Origin: a virus
Virus genome (UHGV): UHGV-0102822
Length of the DNA stretch: 18,997 bases
Reading direction: 5' to 3' (one strand)
A program made the position numbers and the translations under genes. The notes below the pieces were generated by a model. It saw nothing but the letters and a program-made list of their open reading frames with translations. It was not told where the DNA came from and searched no databases. Below are positions 15,382-18,997 of this stretch, piece by piece; the first letter of the stretch is position 1, and every line of letters starts with the position of its first letter.

Positions 15382-15729
15382 ATGTTGCGTAGAGGTTTTA
15401 CCGAACGTGAAATTCTGGATATGAGTATTAAGGATTTCTATGAACTGTGGATATATGAAACTTTCATTGAACCTCAAGGTCCTGCTGTAAATGACTTACA
15501 TCAAGCGCATATAGCATTTTCTGTTTTTGCTAATAATCCAAATATTACAAAAGAAGGTTCGAAGAAATTAAAACTGAAAGATTTCATGTTCATCAAGGAT
15601 AAAGTTTTTAAATCTCCTGAAGAACTGGAAGAAGAACAGAAAAAAGCCGCAGAAGCCAACAGAAAGAAAATGGAATCTATGTTCGACCCGAAACTTCTTG
15701 CGAAAGCAAAAGCTAAAAATAGGAAATAA
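15382..15729 (+). CDS. tail assembly chaperone extension (gpT-like part), probably expressed as a G-T fusion by -1 frameshifting
   Basis: The reading frame is open from 15235, in the -1 frame relative to 15050-15346. There is no Shine-Dalgarno before ATG 15382. The product has a basic C-terminus and the gene ends 2 nt before the tape measure start. Coordinates are as given in the ORF track; the true product probably starts at 15050 and shifts frame near 15334-15340. Confidence 0.4.
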   Translation: MLRRGFTEREILDMSIKDFYELWIYETFIEPQGPAVNDLHQAHIAFSVFANNPNITKEGSKKLKLKDFMFIKDKVFKSPEELEEEQKKAAEANRKKMESMFDPKLLAKAKAKNRK

Positions 15730-15731
15730 TA

Positions 15732-18077
15732 ATGGCGAATTCTCGTTATGATGTTGAGATTCGCGGAGATAATAAAGGACTGTCTACTGCTGTAAAAGAC
15801 TCTATGGACGAACTGAATAAACTTGATTCAGCCGCTCAGGGTCTTTTTAGTAATTTCACAGGTCCACTAAATGGTCTCAGCGATGGTCTCAGCACGATTC
15901 AAAGTATGTCCCCTGCGTTACGCGCATTGGGTGCAGCGGGGTTAGTTGCAGGTGCTGGTTTTGCTGCAATTAATAAAGCTGCTGAAACTGTTAACGTATT
16001 AAATCAGGTTAACACAACAACTGGCGTTTCTATTGAAATGCTTCAACAGTTGCAATCAACGTTCAAAGCTACCGGAATGGACGTTGAGAAATTCGGTGAT
16101 TTAAACAAAGACGCAATGGATAAACTCGGTGATTCTTTGAGAGCTGGCGGTGGTGGTATTGCCGACGACTTAGAAGAATGGGGTTTAAAACTTGAAGATT
16201 ATGCAAAATATGCTGGTGATGCCGAAGGTGGTATTAAAGCATTAATCGACACGTTCTATCAATTAAGAGCCGCTGGTAAATCATCTGCTGAAATTACTAA
16301 CGCAATGGAATCAATGGCGTCTGATGGTTCTCATTTGATTTCAACATTACAGAATTTTTCTAATACCCAAGACGCATTAAACGCAATTCAAGGTCAAACA
16401 GTTTCAATTACTCAAGACGTTGCCGACGAATTCAAAGAATATGAAAGAAACATGAATTCTTTGAAGAAAGCAACTAATGAATTCACGGTCGAAGCTGCTA
16501 GTCCATTAGTTCGTGAATTTAACAATCTTTATGAGTGGATGGATGGTATTGATTGGAGTGAAACGTCTTTTGCGAAATGGCTAAGAGAGAATAACAAAAA
16601 GGGTATAACTCCTTCTGGTATGTCCTCTGGTCAAGTGCAGAATATCGGAAAGTCTGTTGAAGCAATCGAAATTGAAAAGCGTCAGGCGTTTATTGCAGAA
16701 AATGCCAAGTTGCTTAAAAAACAAGTTAATCAGCTAGTTCGTTTAGCTGAACAAGAAACGATGGCAAATAAGGCTCGCCAGAAAGTCTTAGAAGAAAAAG
16801 CGAAGAAAGAAAAAGACGCTGCTGATAAAGCTGAACGTGAAAGAAAATCTGCTGCTGATAAAGCCGAAAGGGAACGTAAAGCTGCAATGGCTAAAGCCAA
16901 AGCTGATTATGACAAAATGATGGCTGATCGTGCTCAGGCAGTTGAATCTCTGAAACAGTTAGACGTTGCGGTTATTGCTCAAGAAGGACGTTCATATGCT
17001 TCTCAGATTAATCAGACTCAGCAAGCACTAACAAAGCTTCAAGAACTAAGAGACAAAGGGATAATCTCACAGGAGCAATTCCTAGAACGTCGTAATTCTC
17101 TATTGATTAACTCGTCAAAAGAATTCTCCGACAGTCTTAAGGCTAATCCTGCTGACATTGGCATTATCACTCAGTCGATGAATCAAATGTTCGATATTCA
17201 AAAGCAAGAACTGGATATTAAACGTCAACAGAACTTGATTTCAGAACAGCAATACAACGAACAGTTAGAGAATCTCCAAATTGCACATCAAGAGAAGATG
17301 AAAGCAATTAAAGAGATTGATGCTAATCAGGTGAATATGCAGAACTTGAATTCAATTGGTTTCGCAACTGATGAAGAAAGAATGGCATTAGAGCAAGAAG
17401 CATTAAATCAACAGTTCGAAAGGTTCAGAGAACAGAATCAGAAAATGTACGAATCTGGACTTTTGTCGCATGAACAATTTTTAGAGCAAAAAAGACGACT
17501 AGACAAGGCTTATTCTGTTCAGTCTGAAAATATTGCTATGATGGAAATTCAAACGAAAATGGGAATGTATAACGGTTTTGCTCAAGGCATGGCTGGTGTT
17601 ATTTCCGGTATTTCGGGTGAAAACTCTAAAGCCGCTCAAGCTGCGTTTGCAGTAGCTAAAGGAACAGCTATCGCAAATGGTATGTTAAACGCATATCAAT
17701 CTGCAACTAAAGCAATGGCAACTTATCCTGGTCCTTTGGGATACGCATTAGCCGCATCAAGTTATGCGCAAGTTTTAGGACAAGTTATGTCCATGAAATC
17801 TGTGAATATGACTGGTATGGCTCACGATGGCATTTCTGAAATTCCAAGAGAAGGAACATGGCTGCTTGATGGTGGTGAAAGAGTCGTTGATCAGAGAACT
17901 AACGGAGATTTGAAAGACTTCTTGAATAATCAAAGCGAGTCTAAGACTCAGCCTATTGATGCTCGTGTAATCGTACAAGGAAACGTGACTGATCAGCGTT
18001 GGTTTGCTGAACAACTCAAGAAGCAAGAAAAGATTATCACATCAATTGTTCAATCAGGAAACAGACGCAAAATGTAA
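15732..18077 (+). CDS. tail tape measure protein
   Basis: 781 aa. Long predicted helical, charged coiled-coil central region with an internal tandem repeat (AADKAERERK x2), and a Gly/Ala-rich hydrophobic segment near the C-terminus (AQAAFAVAKGTAIANGMLNAYQSATKAMATYPGPLGYALAASSYAQVLG). Preceded by the chaperone pair. Confidence 0.8.
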   Translation: MANSRYDVEIRGDNKGLSTAVKDSMDELNKLDSAAQGLFSNFTGPLNGLSDGLSTIQSMSPALRALGAAGLVAGAGFAAINKAAETVNVLNQVNTTTGVSIEMLQQLQSTFKATGMDVEKFGDLNKDAMDKLGDSLRAGGGGIADDLEEWGLKLEDYAKYAGDAEGGIKALIDTFYQLRAAGKSSAEITNAMESMASDGSHLISTLQNFSNTQDALNAIQGQTVSITQDVADEFKEYERNMNSLKKATNEFTVEAASPLVREFNNLYEWMDGIDWSETSFAKWLRENNKKGITPSGMSSGQVQNIGKSVEAIEIEKRQAFIAENAKLLKKQVNQLVRLAEQETMANKARQKVLEEKAKKEKDAADKAERERKSAADKAERERKAAMAKAKADYDKMMADRAQAVESLKQLDVAVIAQEGRSYASQINQTQQALTKLQELRDKGIISQEQFLERRNSLLINSSKEFSDSLKANPADIGIITQSMNQMFDIQKQELDIKRQQNLISEQQYNEQLENLQIAHQEKMKAIKEIDANQVNMQNLNSIGFATDEERMALEQEALNQQFERFREQNQKMYESGLLSHEQFLEQKRRLDKAYSVQSENIAMMEIQTKMGMYNGFAQGMAGVISGISGENSKAAQAAFAVAKGTAIANGMLNAYQSATKAMATYPGPLGYALAASSYAQVLGQVMSMKSVNMTGMAHDGISEIPREGTWLLDGGERVVDQRTNGDLKDFLNNQSESKTQPIDARVIVQGNVTDQRWFAEQLKKQEKIITSIVQSGNRRKM
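16818..16883 (+). repeat. imperfect 33-bp tandem duplication inside the tape measure gene
   Basis: GCTGCTGATAAAGCTGAACGTGAAAGAAAATCT followed by GCTGCTGATAAAGCCGAAAGGGAACGTAAAGCT, encoding AADKAERERKS / AADKAERERKA. The Arg codons are swapped between synonymous forms. Confidence 0.7.
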
Positions 18078-18106
18078 ATAATCTTCAAGTTATTCACAGG
18101 CAATAC

Positions 18107-18142
18107 GGGCGATTAAAATCGCCCATTAATTATTTTCTTTTT
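18107..18142 (+). terminator. terminator between the convergent tape measure gene and the minus-strand cassette
   Basis: GGGCGAT-TAAA-ATCGCCC hairpin followed by ATTAATTATTTTCTTTTT on the + strand. It lies in the 70-bp gap between the two convergent stop codons, so it may act on both strands. Confidence 0.6.
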
Positions 18143-18147
18143 AAAAA

Positions 18148-18504
18148 CTAAAGCACAGCCTGAAAACTTTGCCACTCAGGTGCATGCATAAGTACCGCGC
18201 TTTGTTCATTTCTATTCCAAATAGGAATCGCTTTCCCTATATAGAAAAAATGTGATGTTGCATCATTACTTTTCTTTTCACTACTTTTTCCTGCTTTTGT
18301 ATATACGACAACAAGATCGCCAGCGCGAACAGGTTTATCCGGAAACCAAAATGTTTCGTAAATACCAGTGTTTACCGACTCATTCTCAAATCCCGTTTGT
18401 AGCAGTATAAACTCTCCAATATTGCATGAACTGTCAACTCGAATGACAATTCGTTCCTTATCTAAGTTTCCAGGTTCGCGAATTGCTGTAATATTAACTT
18501 TCAT
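18148..18504 (-). CDS. hypothetical small soluble protein, second gene of the minus-strand cassette
   Basis: 118 aa. Its ATG overlaps the stop of the upstream membrane-protein gene by 4 bp, suggesting translational coupling. No recognisable motif. Confidence 0.55.
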   Translation of the reverse strand: MKVNITAIREPGNLDKERIVIRVDSSCNIGEFILLQTGFENESVNTGIYETFWFPDKPVRAGDLVVVYTKAGKSSEKKSNDATSHFFYIGKAIPIWNRNEQSAVLMHAPEWQSFQAVL

Positions 18505-18947
18505 GGCTTGACCACCTTTGCAGCTATCCCCCCGACAGTGAGCACACTACCAAAAGCTAACGCGAGCACAGCGGCAGTCGGCTGAGTTGACCAGTTTGAA
18601 GTGGCATATCCAAAGGCAGAGCCTGAAATTAGAAAACATGTCACATGCATTATTTCCAAAGCAATTTTTGTTTTGAATTTTTCTTCTAATACTCCTACAA
18701 GTTTATCGGATGTATGAAACTTATCGCGAATCACACGCAAATCATTGCATTCACCATCTAATCTTTCAATCTCATCAAGCAACATTCGTTGTACCGCAGC
18801 AGAGCTAAGCTCCTCATCAGTTAGCTCTCTGCGAAGATTTGAGAATGATTTGCGTCCAGAATTCCCCTTGGGAACAGCTGTTGGTATCCCCACACTTACA
18901 GGCTCTTCTGGTTCCGTATCAGGTTGATGCCTATTCCCAAAAACCAC
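18501..18947 (-). CDS. hypothetical membrane protein (cytoplasmic helical N-domain plus two C-terminal TM helices), first gene of the minus-strand cassette
   Basis: Probable GTG start at 18947, 6 nt after a perfect AAGGAG; the track's TTG 18971 lies upstream of that SD. C-terminal hydrophobic helices IALEIMHVTCFLISGSAFGYA and TAAVLALAFGSVLTVGGIAAKVV. Uses GC-ending codons (ccg, gcg, gcc, cag, ctc, ggg) that are unusual for the phage late genes. Confidence 0.55.
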   Translation of the reverse strand: MVFGNRHQPDTEPEEPVSVGIPTAVPKGNSGRKSFSNLRRELTDEELSSAAVQRMLLDEIERLDGECNDLRVIRDKFHTSDKLVGVLEEKFKTKIALEIMHVTCFLISGSAFGYATSNWSTQPTAAVLALAFGSVLTVGGIAAKVVKP

Positions 18948-18972
18948 GAAATGCTCCTTTCGTATATTCAAA

Positions 18973-18978
18973 ATTGTA
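18973..18978 (-). promoter_or_regulatory. sigma70-type -10-like hexamer TACAAT upstream of the minus-strand cassette
   Basis: On the minus strand, TACAAT lies about 26 nt upstream of the GTG start, with AAGGAG in between. The -35 region would fall outside the window. No CTAAATAA late motif is present here. Confidence 0.3.
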
Positions 18979-18997
18979 GCTAATTAATCGAAGGATC

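Noticed and set aside
18107-18124. Hairpin GGGCGAT-TAAA-ATCGCCC as a terminator specific to the minus-strand cassette
   Set aside because: On the minus strand it is followed by GUAUUGCC rather than a U-tract. It is annotated as the + strand tape measure terminator, possibly bidirectional.
17775-18927. ORF 17775-18026 (-) inside the tape measure gene and ORF 18745-18927 (+) antisense to the membrane-protein gene
   Set aside because: Each lies antisense to a better-supported gene, with no ribosome-binding site.
1-18997. tRNA genes, CRISPR arrays, integrase or transposase, and a diversity-generating retroelement targeting the fibers
   Set aside because: No T-loop-type GGTTCGAAT contexts with cloverleaf potential were seen. 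No regularly spaced direct repeats. No reverse transcriptase, integrase or transposase-like ORF. No template/variable repeat pair was evident by eye near the fiber 3' ends. A computational scan (tRNAscan-SE, repeat finder) would be needed to exclude these fully.

Overview
This window reads as the late (virion morphogenesis) region of an AT-rich tailed dsDNA phage, with almost every gene on the + strand. No sheath gene is visible, so it looks siphovirus-like. In order: a lambda-gpB-type portal; one ORF fusing an HK97-type prohead protease, an acidic scaffold-like linker and an HK97-fold capsid domain; two small connector-sized ORFs; a 342-aa tail protein; a 951-aa tail fiber with a C-terminal intramolecular chaperone (peptidase S74-like); a 162-aa tail protein; an NlpC/P60 gpK-like protein; a 1226-aa gpJ-like central fiber; a cluster of small genes including a T4 endonuclease VII homolog and two membrane proteins; a chaperone pair in -1 frame relation; and the tape measure. 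A CTAAATAA(A/G) motif (resembling the T4 late promoter TATAAATA) followed by a strong Shine-Dalgarno recurs at gene boundaries, and tetraloop hairpins or terminators sit at several junctions. The best candidate for an undescribed system is at the right edge: a convergent minus-strand two-gene cassette (membrane protein plus small soluble protein, 4-bp overlap) whose codon usage differs from the phage late genes. Its function cannot be inferred from sequence alone. I saw no rRNA, tRNA, CRISPR array, integrase or transposase. All calls rest on motif recognition by eye and the supplied ORF track; no database search or computation was run, and the sequences of reference proteins (lambda, HK97, T4, P2) are quoted from memory.
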